Positions 9,292 through 21,436 of a stretch of 64,000 bases of DNA are shown here, one piece after another; positions within the stretch are counted from its first letter, which is position 1; every line of letters begins with the position of its first letter. The position numbers and the translations under genes are program-made. The notes below the pieces were generated by a model. The model was not told the origin of the DNA, searched no databases, and saw only the letters and a program-made list of their open reading frames with translations. Origin of the DNA: Mobula hypostoma (lineage: Eukaryota); NCBI RefSeq assembly GCF_963921235.1, contig NC_086098.1, forward strand, positions 1,488,001 through 1,552,000. Direction: 5' to 3'.

Positions 9292-11838
9292 CAGCAGTTA
9301 CTCTACTGGGGATATTCTATAGGCCCCCTGGTAGCAGCAGAGATACAGAGGAGCAGATTGGGAGGCAGATTTTGGAAAGGTGCAAAAATAACAGGGTTGT
9401 TATCATGGGTGACTTTAACTTCCCTAATATTGATTGGCACCTGATTAGTTCCAAGGGTTTAGATGGGGCAGAATTTGTTAAGTGTGTCCAGGATGGATTC
9501 CTGTCACAGTATGTGGACAGGCCGACCAGGGTGAATGCCATAGTAGATCTAGTACTAGGTAATGAACTGGGTCAGGTCACAGATCTCTCAGTGGGTGAGC
9601 ATCTGGGGGACAGTGACCACCGCTCCCTGGCCTTTATAGATTCAAAGAGGACAAGAAAATTTTTAATTGGGGAAAGGCAAATTATGAGGCTATAAGGCCA
9701 GAACTTGTGGGTGTGAATTGGGATGATGTTTCTGCAGGGAAATGTACTATGGACATGTGGTCGATGTTTAGAGATCTGTTGCAGGATGTAAGGGATAAAT
9801 TTGTCCTGGTGAGGAAGATAAAGAATGGTATGGTGAAGGAACCATGGGTGACAAGTGAGGTGGAAAATCTAGTCAGGAGGAAGAAGGCAGCATACATGAG
9901 GTTTAGGAAGCAAGGATCAGCTGGGTCTATTGAGGAATATAGGGAAGCAAGAAAGGAGCTTAAGAAGGGGCTGAGAAGAGCAAGAAGGGGGCATGAGAAG
10001 GCCATGGCATGTAGGGTAAAGGAAAACCCCAAGGCATTCTTCAATTATGTGAAGAAAAAAAGGATGACAGGAGTGAAGGTAGGACTGATTAAAGATAAAG
10101 GTGGGAAGATGTGCCTGGAGGCTGTGGAAGTGAGTGAGGTCCTCAATGAATACTTCTCTTCGGTATTTACCAATGAGAGGGAACTTGATGATGGTGAGGA
10201 CAATACGAGTGAGGTTGATGTTCTGGAGTATGTTGATATTAAGGGAGAGGAGGTGTTGGAGTTGTTAAAATACATTAGGACAGATAAGTCCCCGGGGCCT
10301 GACGGAATATTCCCCAGGCTACTCCACGAGGCGAGAGAAGAGTTTGCTGAGCCTCTGGCTAGGATCTTTATGTCCTCGTTGTCCACGGGAATGGTACCGG
10401 AGGATCGGAGGGAGGCGAATGTTGTCCCCTTGTTAAAAAAAGATAGTAGGGATAGTCCGGGTAATTATAGACCAGTGAGCCTTACATCTGTGGTGGGAAA
10501 GCTGTTTGAAAAGATTCTTAGAGATTGGATCTATAGGCATTTAGAGAATCATGGTCTGATCAGGGGCAGTCAGCATGGCTTTGTGAAGGGCAGATCATGT
10601 CTAACAAGCCTGATAGAGTTCTTTGAGGAGGTGACCAGGCATATAGATGAGGGTAGTGCAGTGGATGTGATCTATATGGATTTTAATAAGGCATTTGACA
10701 AGGTTCCACATGGTAGGCTTATTCAGAAAGTCAGAAGGCATGGGATACAGGGAAATTTGGCCAGGTGGATTCAGAATTGGCTTGCCTGCAGAAGGCAGAG
10801 GGTGGTGGTGGAGGGAGTACATTCAGATTGGAGGATTGTGACTAGTGGTGTCCCACAAGGATCTGTTCTGGGACCTCTATTTTTCGTGATTTTTATTAAT
10901 GACCTGGATGTGGGGGTAGAAGAGTGGGTTGGCAAGTTTGCAGACGACACAAAGGTTGGTGGTGTTGTAGATAGTGTAGAGGATTGTCAAAGATTGCAGA
11001 GAGACATTGATAGGATGCAGAAGTGGGCTGAGAAGTGGCAGATGGAGTTCAACCCGGAGAAGTGTGAGGTGGTACACTTTGGAAGGACAAACTCCAAGGC
11101 AGAGTACAAAGTAAATGGCAGGATACTTGGTAGTGTGGAGGAGCAGAGGGATCTCGGGGTATATGTCCACAGATCCCTGAAAGTTGCCTCACAGGTAGAT
11201 AGGGTAGTTAAGAAAGCTTATGGGGTGTTAGCTTTCATAAGTCGAGGGATAGAGTTTAAGAGTCACGATGTAATGATGCAGCTCTATAAAACTCTGGTTA
11301 GGCCACACTTGGAGTATTGTGTCCAGTTCTGGTCACCTCACTATAGGAAGGATGTGGAAGCATTGGAGAGGGTACAGAGGAGATTTACCAGGATGCTGCC
11401 TGGGTTAGAAAGTATGCATTATGATCAGAGATTAAGGGAGCTAGGGCTTTACTCTTTGGAGAGAAGGAGGATGAGAGGAGACATGATAGAGGTGTACAAG
11501 ATAATAAGAGGAATAGATAGAGTGGATAGCCAGCGCCTCTTCTCCAGGGCACCACTGCTCAATTCAAGAGGACCTGGCTTTAAGGTAAGGGGTGGGAAGT
11601 TCAAGGGGGATATTAGAGGAAGGTTTTTTACTCAAAGAGTGGTTGGTGCGTGGAATGCACTGCCTGAGTCAGTGGTGGAGGCAGATACACTAGTGAAGTT
11701 TAAGAGACTACTAGACAGGTATATGGAGGAATCTAAGGTGGGGGCTTATATGGGAGGCAGGGTTTGAGGGTCGGCACAACATTGTGGGCCGAAGGGCCTG
11801 TACTGTGCTGTACTATTCTATGTTCTACGTTCTATGTT
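9292..11838 (+). mobile_element. CR1 LINE, 5'-truncated; RT region in a 686-codon open frame (9707-11767)
   Basis: APE motifs YRPP, GDFNFP, SDH; RT motifs YRPVSLTS, QHGF, GVPQGSVLGP, FADD; C-terminal GRFFTQRVVGAWNALP; (TTCTATG)-like tail. Confidence 0.95.
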
Positions 11839-12020
11839 TACAACTGACGTCAGTAATAATAAAACTGATTCTGAGTGAGCAAAGTGGACACAGAAGGAAT
11901 GTGAAGACAGGAGTATGTAAACATATATACCACTGATTTTAAGACCAATGCCATCTGCAGTTCTGACTAAAGGCCAAGTAACAGTAATTTAAGGCACAGA
12001 ATAGCAAATAGGAATTATAC

Positions 12021-12186
12021 AACCATATAACCATATAACAATTACGGCACAGAAACAGGCCATCTCAGTCCTTCTAGTCCGTGCCGAACTCTTACTCTCA
12101 CCTAGTCCCACTGACCTGCACTCGGCCCATAACCCTCCATTCCTTTCCTGTCCATATATCTATCCAACTTAACTTTAAACGACAAT
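12021..12186 (-). mobile_element. CR1 3' end with (GGTTATAT)n tail
   Basis: Reverse complement closely matches 19910-20072. Confidence 0.75.
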
Positions 12187-12329
12187 GAATTGTGTGCATT
12201 CACCATCCCAGATTCGTATTTGGCTTAGTTTATTATGTCCTCTACTACACCATAACTCAGTCTCAACTGGTTGCGAAGATGGTGGAGTCAAATTTTAAAA
12301 ATGTGGTTTCAGGGTTGATGATAAAATAG

Positions 12330-13310
12330 GGAAAATCTTGCCTGACATATATGTTGGAATTCTTAGAAGAAATAACAAACAGGATAGACAAAGGAGAATC
12401 AGTGGATGTTGTTTATTTGGATTTGACAAGGTGCCACACATAAGGCTGCTTAACAGGTTAATAGCCCATGGTATTACAGGAAAGATACTAGCATAGATAG
12501 ACCATTAACTGTTTGGCAGTAGGCAAAGAGTGGGAAAAAGTGAGCCTTTTCTGGTTGGTTGCCGTGACTGGTGATATTCCACAGGGGACTGTGTTGGGAC
12601 TGTTCTTTTTTATGTGATTTGTCAATGACTTAGATGATAGCTTTATAGCAAAGTCGGCAGACAATATGAAGATAGATCGAGGGGCAGGTAGTTTTAAGGA
12701 AGTAGGGAGGCTGCAGAAGGACTTACACCGATTAAGAGAATGAGCAATGAACTGGCAGATGGAATACAGTTTCAGGAAGCATATGGTCATGCATTTTGAT
12801 AGAAAAAATAGAAGTATAGACTGTGCAATGAGACAAGTAAAATTAGTGATCTTGTAGTTAGGGATCCCCTTGGAAAGAGTGATTGTGTATTATGCCTAAA
12901 CAATGGAGACTGCAATGCGATGAGTGAGGATTTGGCTAGTTTAGACTGGGAGCACAGGCTATATATGATGGGACAGTTGAGGAACAGTGAAAGAGTTTTA
13001 AAGAGGTTTTTCACAGTGCTCAACAAAAGCATATTCCAGTTAAAAGCAAGGGTGGGGAGAACCAGCCTTGGATAACCAAGGAAATAAAAGAAGGCATCAA
13101 ACTAAAAGCTTGTTCATACAAAGTTGCCAAGAGTACTGGGAAACTACAAGACTGGGAAAACTTTAAAAAGCAACATAGTAACACAAAGCAAGCAATAAAG
13201 AAAGGCAAGCTAGATTATGATAATAAATGAGCAGAAAATATAACAATGGACAGTGCAAGTTTTTATAATTATATAAAGTGGAAAAGGGTGGCTAAAGTGA
13301 ATGTAGGTCA
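12330..13310 (+). mobile_element. Degenerate, rearranged CR1 ORF2 fragments
   Basis: RT remnant (gtggatgttgtttatttggat...ccacaggggactgtgttgggac...gcagacaat) followed by a normally upstream linker piece (QPWITKEIKEGIKLK). Confidence 0.7.
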
Positions 13311-14324
13311 CAGAAACATAGAAACATAGAAAAAGCTATAGCACAATACAGGCCCTTTGGCCCGCTAAGCTGTGCTGAACATATACTTACTTTAGGAATT
13401 ACCAAGTGTTACTCATTGCCCTCTATTTTTTAAGCTCCATGTACCTACCCAGGAGTCTTTTAAAAGATCCCATCATATCCGCCTCCATCACTGCCGCAGG
13501 CTCGCACTCACCACTCTGTGTAAAAAACTTAGACCTGACATCCCCTCTGTACCTACTTACAAGCACCTTAAACCTGTGTCCTCTTGTGATAGCCATTTCA
13601 GCCCTGGGGAAAAACCTCTGACTATCCACACGATGAATGCCTCTCATCATCTTATACACCTCTATCAGGCCACCTCTCATCCTCTGACGCTCTAAGAAGA
13701 AAAGGCCAAGTTCACTCAACCTATTCTCATAAAGCATGCTCCCAATCCAGACAATATCCTTGTAAATCTCCTCTGCACCCTTTCTATGGTTTCCACATCC
13801 CTTCTATAGTGAGGACACTAGAGCTAAGCACAGTACTCCACTGGGGTCTGACCAGGGTCCTATATAGCTGTAACATTACCTCTAGGCTCTTAAACTCAAA
13901 CCCACGGTTGATGAAAGCCAATACACTGTATGCCTTCTAAACCACAGAGTCAACCTGCGCAGCTGTTTTGAGCGTCCTATGGACTCAGACACCAAGATCC
14001 CTCTGATCCTCCACACAGCCAAGAGCCTTACCATTAATACTATATTCTGCCATCATATTTGACCTATTAAAATGACCCACCTCACATTTATCTGGGTTGA
14101 ACTCCATCTGCCACATCTCAGCCCAGTTTTGCACCCTACTGATGTCCCACTGTAACCTCTGACAGCTCTCCACACTATCCACAACACTCCCAAACTTTGT
14201 GTCGTCAGCAAATTTATCAACCCATTCCTCCACTTGCTCATTCAGGTCATTTATAAAAATCACAAAGATAAGGGGACCCAGAAAGATAATCCAAAGAGCT
14301 TTTACAGGTATATTAAGAGCAAAA

Positions 14325-14522
14325 GTGTTTTGTGCACTTTATGCAGTTCTGGGTAGGTCTGTAGTCTAGTGTAGTTTTGTGTTTTTTTTACGTAGTTCAG
14401 CATAGTTTTTGTATTGTTTCATGTAGCACCATGGTCATGGAAAATGTTGTCTGGTTTTTACTGTGTACTGTACCAGCAGTTATGGTCAAAATTACAATAA
14501 AAAGTGACTTGGCTTGACTTGA
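14325..14522 (+). mobile_element. LINE/SINE 3' UTR fragment with AATAAA and (GACTT)n tail
   Basis: ...acaataaaaagtgacttggcttgacttga inserted into the CR1 RT region. Confidence 0.5.
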
Positions 14523-14799
14523 CCACTGGTCACCGACCTCCATGTAGAATATGTCCCGTCTACAACTACACTTTGTCTTCTGTGGGCTAGCCAGTTCTGG
14601 ATCCACAAAGCAAGGTCCCCTTGGATCCCATGCCTCCTTAATTTCTCAATAAGCCTTGCATGGGCTACCTCATCAAATGTCTTGCTGAAGTACTCTTTAA
14701 CTCTTTGCTCTGTCTGCATTTGTACTCAATCACTGCCTTGTCCTTCCTTACATTCATATTACGCTCATCATCTACTTGTAAACTTGCTGTCTCATCCTC

Positions 14800-15756
14800 A
14801 GCTTCATCATACTGGTTCCCATCCTCTTGCCAATTCGTTTAAACTACTCCCAACAGCTCTAGCAAACCTGTCTGCAAGGATATTGGCCCCCCTCAAATTC
14901 AAGTGCAACCTGTCCCTTTTGTACAGGTCACAACTGCCCCAGAAATAGTTCCAATTATCCAGAAATCTGAATCCCTGCCCCCTGTTCCAATTTTTCAAAC
15001 ACTCATTTATCTGCTCTCTCATTCTATTCCTATCCTCACTGTCATGTGGTACAGGCAGTAATCCTGAGATTATACCTTTGTGGTCCTGCTTCTCAACTCC
15101 CTGTACTCTGTTTTCAATACCTCCTTCCTTTTTCTCCCTACATCATTGGTACCAATCTGTACCACCACTTCTGTCTGCTCACCCTCCCTTTTCAGGATAT
15201 TGTGGATGCATTCACAAACATCGCAGATCCGGGCACCTGGGAGGCAAACAACCATCCGTTGTTTCAATTTTCATGCCCACAGAATGGCTTATCTGTCCCC
15301 CTAAGTATAGAGTCCCCTATTACCACTGGCCTCCTCTCAGTACCCTACCCTTCTGAGCCACAGCACCAGATTTAGTGACAGAGGCATGGCCGCTGTTGCT
15401 TCTTCCGGTAGGTCCTCTCCAGCAACATTACTTAAAATGGAGTACTTATTGTTGAGCGGGATGCCTACAGAGGTGCTCTCCACTATCTGACATTTTTCCT
15501 TCCCTCTCCTGACAGTCCCCCATTTATCTGACTCCTGTAGCCTTGGGGTGACCACCTGCCTGTGGCTCCTGTGTATCACTGCTTCACTCTCCCTAGCACG
15601 CCGAATGTCAATGAGCTGCAGGTCCAGTTCCCTCACACCGTCTCTGAGGAGCTGCATCTCAGTGCACCTGGTGCAGGTGTGGCCACTGGGGAGGCTGGAA
15701 GTCTCCTGGAAATTCCACATCCCACGCCCAGAACATAACACTGCCCCTGAAGACAT
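14800..15756 (-). pseudogene. CR1 ORF1p remnant (zinc-finger/coiled-coil + SGNH-type esterase)
   Basis: N-terminal C...MW...CTRC plus heptad LLRDGVRELDLQL; esterase blocks VVCLPGARI, VVVQIGTND, LYKRDRLHLN.RG; several frameshifts. Confidence 0.8.
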
Positions 15757-16037
15757 ATTCCCTATTCTTCTAAGAGTTAAATAAGAAAAAAAAAATAAGA
15801 AATAGACTTACCTAAAAATAGACTTTTCCTCTGCCTGTTTTTGTCAAAGCCTGTCGAGTTAAAGCCTTACCACTCTGACGATGACCACTGCTAGACAGTA
15901 CCTCTCTTTTATGGAGACTGGGTTTTTCAAGCTCCACTCTGGATCTGCACTGCAATGTTTCTATTGCATCTGCACCACTGTCCAATCAAAGAGTCCCACT
16001 GAAATCTGGCTGCTTTTTCAAGCTCCACTCTGGATCT

Positions 16038-16961
16038 ATGTGGGAACAAAGATAGGTGGAGGAGCGGGTAGTGTTGAGGAAACAAAGAGCCTGCAGAGAG
16101 ACTGAGATAGTTTAGGGAAATGGGCAAAGAAGTGGCAAATGAAATACAATGTTGGAAAGTGTATGGTCATGCACTTTGCAGGAAGAAATAAGCGGGCAGA
16201 CTATTATTTAGATGGGGAGAGAATTCAAAATTCAGAGATGCAGAGGGACTTCAGAGTCCTTGTGCAAGATACCCTAAAGGTTAACCTCCAGGTTGAGTTG
16301 GTTGTGAAGGTGAATGCAATGTTAGCATTCATTTCTAGAGGTATAGAATATAAGAGCAGGAATGTGATGTTGAGGCTCTATAAGGCACTTGTGAGACCAC
16401 ACTTGAAGTATTGTGTTGAGTTTTGGGCTCCTTATTTTAGAAAGGATATACTGACATTTGAGAGGGTTCGGAGAAGATTCACAAGAATGATTTCAGGAAT
16501 GAAAGGGTTACCGTATGAGAAATGTCTGGCAGCTCTTGGGCTGTATTCCCTGGAGTTCAGGAGAATGAGGGGGGATCTCATAGAAATATTCTAAATGTTA
16601 AAAGGCCTGAACAGATCGGATATGGCAAAGTTATTTCCCATGGTAGAGGATTCTAGGACAAAAGGGCACAACTTCAGGATTGAAGTATGTCCTTTTAGAA
16701 CTGCGATGTGGAGAAATTACTTTAGTCAAAGGGTAATATCTGTGGAATTTTTTGCCACAGGCAGCTGTGGAAGCCAAGTCATTGGGTGTATTTAAGGCAG
16801 AGATAGATAGGTTCTTGATTAGCCAGGACATTAAAGGGTATGGGGTGAAAGCAGGGAAGTGGGGATGACTGGAAGAATTGTATCAGCTCATGATTGAATG
16901 GCAGAGCAGACTCGATGGGTCAAGTGGCCTACTTCTGCTCCTGTATCTTATGGTCTTATGG
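16038..16961 (+). mobile_element. CR1 LINE 3' part, same subfamily as 4072-6815
   Basis: MKYNVGKCMVMHF...LGLYSLEFRRMRGDLIE is nearly identical to 5998-6450; tail cttatggtcttatgg. Confidence 0.92.
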
Positions 16962-17215
16962 AAATGCTTCTACTGCATTCACACCACTGTCCAATCGAAG
17001 TCTCCTGCTGAAAACTGGCTGCTTTTTCAAGATCTGCTCCAGACCTTAAGGTCTTAGTATCCTATGGTCTTTAAAATGTCTGATGTCCAAATCGGTCATG
17101 GACCAAAGCTCTTACACTGCCACGACCCACTGCTCCCTTTTTCTACTCAGGTGGTAGACATGATTGAAATGCCCTCCTCTGAAACTTCTGATATCTGGAT
17201 TGATCACCCATCAAA

Positions 17216-18310
17216 CCTTTGGAATTGACTTCATTATTTACATCCTTCATATACATGAGGAGTAAAAACCTTTACGATATGTCTCCATCTAAATGTGCAA
17301 TATGCAATTTATATTAATTTATAATAAATAGTATGTACAACAGGATAGTCTATTTAACATAAAAATACAGTTACATCAGCATGAGTTAAGCAGTCTGATT
17401 GTCTGGTGGAAGAAGCTGTCCCGGAGCCTGTTGGTCCTGGCTTTTATCCTGCGGTACTGTTTCCCGGATGGTAGCAGCTGGAACAGTTTGTGGTTGGGGT
17501 GACTCTGGTTCCCAATGATCCTTCCGGCCCTTTTTACACACCTGTCACTGTAAATGTCCTGACTAGTGGGAAGTTCACATCTACAGATGCGCTGGGCTGT
17601 CCGCACCACTCCCTGCAGAGTCCTGCAATTGAGGGAAGTACAGTTCCCATACCAGGCAGTGATGCAGCCAGTCAAGATACTCTCAATTGTGCCCCTGTAG
17701 AAAGTTCTTAGGATTTGGGACCCATACCAAACTTCTTCAACCGTCTGAGGTGAAAGAGGCACTGTTGTGCTTTTTTCACCACAGAGTCGGTATTTACAGA
17801 CCACATAAGATCCTCGGAGACGTTTATGCCGCGGAACTTCAAGCTGTTCATCCTCTCAACTCCAGTTCAATTGATGTCAGTAAGGAGTAGCCTGTCACCA
17901 TTCCTGCTGTATTCCACAACCAGCTCCTTTGTTCTTGTGATATTGAAGAAGAGGTTGTTTTCTTGACACCAATGCGTCAGGTTGATGACTTCTTCTCTGC
18001 TGACTGCTTCGTTATTACTTGAGATTAGGCCAATCCGTGTAGTGTTGGCAGCAAATTTAATTAGCAGATTGGAGCTGTGGGTGGCGACACAGTCATGGGT
18101 GTACAGAGCAAAGGAGGGCGCTTAGTGCACAGCCCTGAGGGGCATCTGTGTTGAGGGTCAGAGGGGCAGATGTGAGGAAGTCCACTCTTACCACCTGCTG
18201 GTAATCTGACAGGAAGTCCAGGATCCAGCTATAGAAGGTAGGGTGAAGGCTAAGATCTCTGAGTTTCTTGTTGAGCCTAGGGGGAATTACGGTGTTGAAT
18301 GCTGAACTGT
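17216..18310 (-). mobile_element. Rex1/Babar-type LINE RT and 3' end, degenerate
   Basis: FYRGTIESILTGCITAWYGNC...HPNHKLFQLLPSGKQYRRIKARTNRLRDSFF; upstream ccctcagggctgtgcactaagcg (PQGCALS). Confidence 0.85.
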
Positions 18311-18620
18311 AGAATGGATGTGGAAAGGATATTTCCTATAGTGGGGGAGTCTAAGACCAGAGGACACAGCCTCAGAATAGAGGTGCATCAATTTAGAATG
18401 GAGATGAGGAGAAATTTCTTTAGCCAGAGTGTGTTGAATCTATGGAATTCATTGCCATGAATGGCTGTGGAAGCCAAGTCTTTATGTACGTAATGATTAG
18501 CCAGGGCATGAAGGGATATGGTGGGGAGGAAGGAGATTGGAGGTGTGAGGGAAAATGGATCAGCCATGATGAAATTGCCTTGTTTAGCTCCATATCTTAT
18601 GTTCTTATGATCTTATGGTC
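18311..18620 (+). mobile_element. CR1 3' end fragment
   Basis: gaggagaaatttctttagccagag...tatggaattcattgcc; tail cttatgttcttatgatcttatgg. Confidence 0.75.
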
Positions 18621-18749
18621 AATTGGACATGAAGTCCTCAGCAGAGCATTTAATTATTTTGTTGAAGAAGCTTATTCAGAGTCAGGAGGACATTATAGAT
18701 CTCTAAACAAATCTATCGAGAACATTCTAAAGCATCATTTCAATAAAAT

Positions 18750-19045
18750 AGAGTCCGTAGAATACTACAGCAAAGAAACAGGCCCTTCAGCCCATCTAGT
18801 CTATGCCAAATCATTTATCTTCCTAGTCCCATTGACCTGCACCCAGACCATACCCCTCCTTTCCATGTACCTATCCAAACTTCTGTTAAATGTTGAAATC
18901 AAAATCACATCTGCCACATGCAATGGCAGCTCGTTCCATTCTCTTACCACACTCTGGCTAAAGTAATTCCACCTCATGTTCCTGTAAAATGTTTCTCCTT
19001 TCACCCTTAACCCATGACCTTCAGTTGGTCCCACCCAACCTCAAT
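18750..19045 (-). mobile_element. CR1 3' end fragment
   Basis: GHGLRVKGE...FSQSVVREWNELP...FNRSLDRYM. Confidence 0.75.
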
Positions 19046-19189
19046 ATAAGGGAATTACCAAAAACGATGAGCTTCATGTGTTAAGATAATGTATGAATAC
19101 ACATGTAATATTTGATAGTAAAAAATGCCAAGAGGGTATCAAGTCTGCCTTCCCCTATTTATGACATTTACAGTAGCGTTATTAACGAA

Positions 19190-19522
19190 GGGCCTGAAGC
19201 ATTGTGAAGGTCCCTACCACCCATCCCGCCGTCTCTCTGACCCACTGCCAACAGGAAGAAGGTACAGGAGCATCAGGACTAGGACTGCCAGACTGAATAA
19301 CTAACGAGTACTCAGGCACGAAAGAAATCTCATCACTAGAACAAGTTGGTTACTGTTTACCTGTGTTGTGCTCTACATGTATTCTGAATTTATATTTTAG
19401 TAGCTTATTTCTGGTAATATGTTTCTTTCCGTGCTGTGGGTAATATACGTACTGTGGCTGCTCTGTGGTCCGGAGGAGCATGTTTCATTTGGTTGTATAT
19501 ATGTACAGTAAACTTGAACTTG
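19190..19522 (+). mobile_element. Rex1/Babar/L2-type 3' fragment
   Basis: ccactgccaacaggaagaaggtacaggagcatcaggactaggact encodes PLPTGRRYRSIRTRT; tail aaacttgaacttg. Confidence 0.55.
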
Positions 19523-19759
19523 TGATGTCCCCAACATGGTCAGCCTCAGTCATACTGAGACAGAGCTGATGAGTCACGGTGCACTGCAGCACCGAAATAG
19601 GACTTTCAGCTCATCTAGTCCATGGTAAACCGTTACTCTGCCTCATCTCATAGATCCACATCTGGACCAAGGACTCACAGACCGCTGAAATTATAGTTGG
19701 CAGCATATAAATGCTGAGATTGAACTCTAATTCAGACAAATAACACAGGTATAGACAAC

Positions 19760-20215
19760 TATGAATGGTGTATATAGGGTAAATGCTTCCAGGCTTTTTC
19801 CACTGAGGATGAGTGAGACTACAACTAGAGATCATGGGTTAAGGGTGAAAGGTGAAATGTTTAAGGGGAAACTGAGAAGAAACTTCATTGGGGGTTCAAT
19901 TTCAATATTTGTTGTCATTTAAAGTTAAATTGGATAGATATATGCACAGGAAAGGAATGGAGGGTTATGGGCTGAGTGCAGGTCGGTGGGACTAGGTGAG
20001 AGTAAGAGTTCGACACGGACTAGAAGGGCCGAGATGGCCTGTTTCTGTAATTGTTATATGGTTATATGGTTATTTAAAAGAGATTTTGATAGGTACATAG
20101 ATGAAGAGGTCTGCAGGGCTATAGTCCGGCTGCAGGTTGATGGGACCAGGCAGAATAACAGCTCGGAATGGACTAGATGAGCTGTTTCTGTGCTGTAGTG
20201 TTCTATGACTCTCTG
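19760..20215 (+). mobile_element. Nested CR1 3' ends
   Basis: A CR1 C-terminal remnant interrupted at ~19890-20072 by a second CR1 3' end with (GGTTATAT)n tail. Confidence 0.7.
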
Positions 20216-20305
20216 ATTCTAAGTACGTTGTGCAACTCACCAGCCTACATTCTGAAATATATTTGGCTGCTAGCAGATGCTAAGAGAGAGAGAGGGAGAG
20301 TTACT

Positions 20306-20570
20306 TTAGAACATAGAACATTACAGCATAGGAACAGACCCACAACGTTGCTCTGAACCAATTAAATTAATAATCAAATGGCCGACGAAACTAATCCCTT
20401 CTGCCGCACAATGTTTATATTCTTCCATTTTCCTCACATTCATGTGCCTGTATAAATGTCTCTTTAAAATCCCTGATGTACCTGCCTCTACCACCACCCC
20501 AGGCAGGTCATTCCAGGCACCTAGCACTCTGTTAAAAAAAAAACTTGCCCCTCATATCTCCTTTGAACCT
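20306..20570 (-). mobile_element. CR1 3' end fragment
   Basis: LGAWNDLPGVVVEAGTSGILKRHL; tail (TGTTCTA)n. Confidence 0.7.
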
Positions 20571-20794
20571 TTTTAGATACTGAACTGAAAGAAATTTAGC
20601 CTCAGTCAAAAAAGATATCAAACAGACAGACAGAATGTGTGAGGGAAAATGATCATTTAGAATTCTCAGTGCAGAGCACCTTGTAGCAAAAGGCTTATCA
20701 TGAATTAAAATGAATGGACAAGAAATTGTGTAGACTGTAAATTAGGCAAAATGACCTCCATGCAAATTCTTCCAAAGAAGCTCTATCCTCATAG

Positions 20795-20935
20795 GTCAGG
20801 ACATGAAGGTATACAGAGAGAAGGCAGAGACTCGGGCTGAGAGGAAAATTGGATCAGCCTTGGTGAAATGTCAGAGCAGATTTGATGCGCCAAATGACCT
20901 AATTCTGTTCCTATATCTTATGGTCTTATGGTCCT
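20795..20935 (+). mobile_element. CR1 3' UTR fragment
   Basis: Tail cttatggtcttatggtc, as at 16947-16960. Confidence 0.6.
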
Positions 20936-20997
20936 AAGTTGTAAAACTTTTCCAAGTGGCAAAAATCTTGAAAGGTGTGAGGTGTGGCATATGTATG

Positions 20998-21379
20998 GCC
21001 CTCCGTTGTTCAGGGACAACCATAGATAATTCGTCCTCGCTGTCTACATGATAATGTAAGCTAGTATGCAAGCCAAGGCAGTACGATATGGAGAGCAAGT
21101 TGTTGCCCATGCAGCAGGCTCCCTCTCTCCACGCTGCTGAGGAACTCAAAGAACTGCAGAGACTGACACAGTTTGGCACCACCAGCTTCGCAGGAGTTGC
21201 CAGTCACCATTGATCTCAAAGTAGGACTGCTTTAGGGACTCCAGATCTGGATTTTTCCTTGGGGTTTCTCCCAAAGTCTTCCACATGAGTAGGTATAGCC
21301 ATAAGGCAGTGGAGGTTGAGATCAGAGTTTTCCTTTTCCTAGATGAGCTGCCAATATGGCTGACAAGTCCTGCCTGCCT
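20998..21379 (-). mobile_element. Short non-autonomous element, probably RTE-derived
   Basis: Flanked by near-identical 15-bp repeats tgtggcatat(gt/ac)atg; body resembles RTE-clade 5' UTR sequence (recollection, not searched); no ORF. Confidence 0.45.
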
Positions 21380-21436
21380 TGTGGCATATACATGTACAAG
21401 ATAGCTGACCTTATGCCTGGGAAGTAAACATAAAAA

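Larger units (their letters stand above)
13311..15830 (-). mobile_element. CR1 LINE keeping ORF1 and the 3' half of ORF2, with a large internal deletion
   Basis: ORF1 remnant at 14800-15756; RT remnant FSKTFDEV...FADDTK...ERQRMRG at 13420-14690; (TTCTATGT)-type tail near 13311; small inserts at 14284-14522. Confidence 0.85.
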
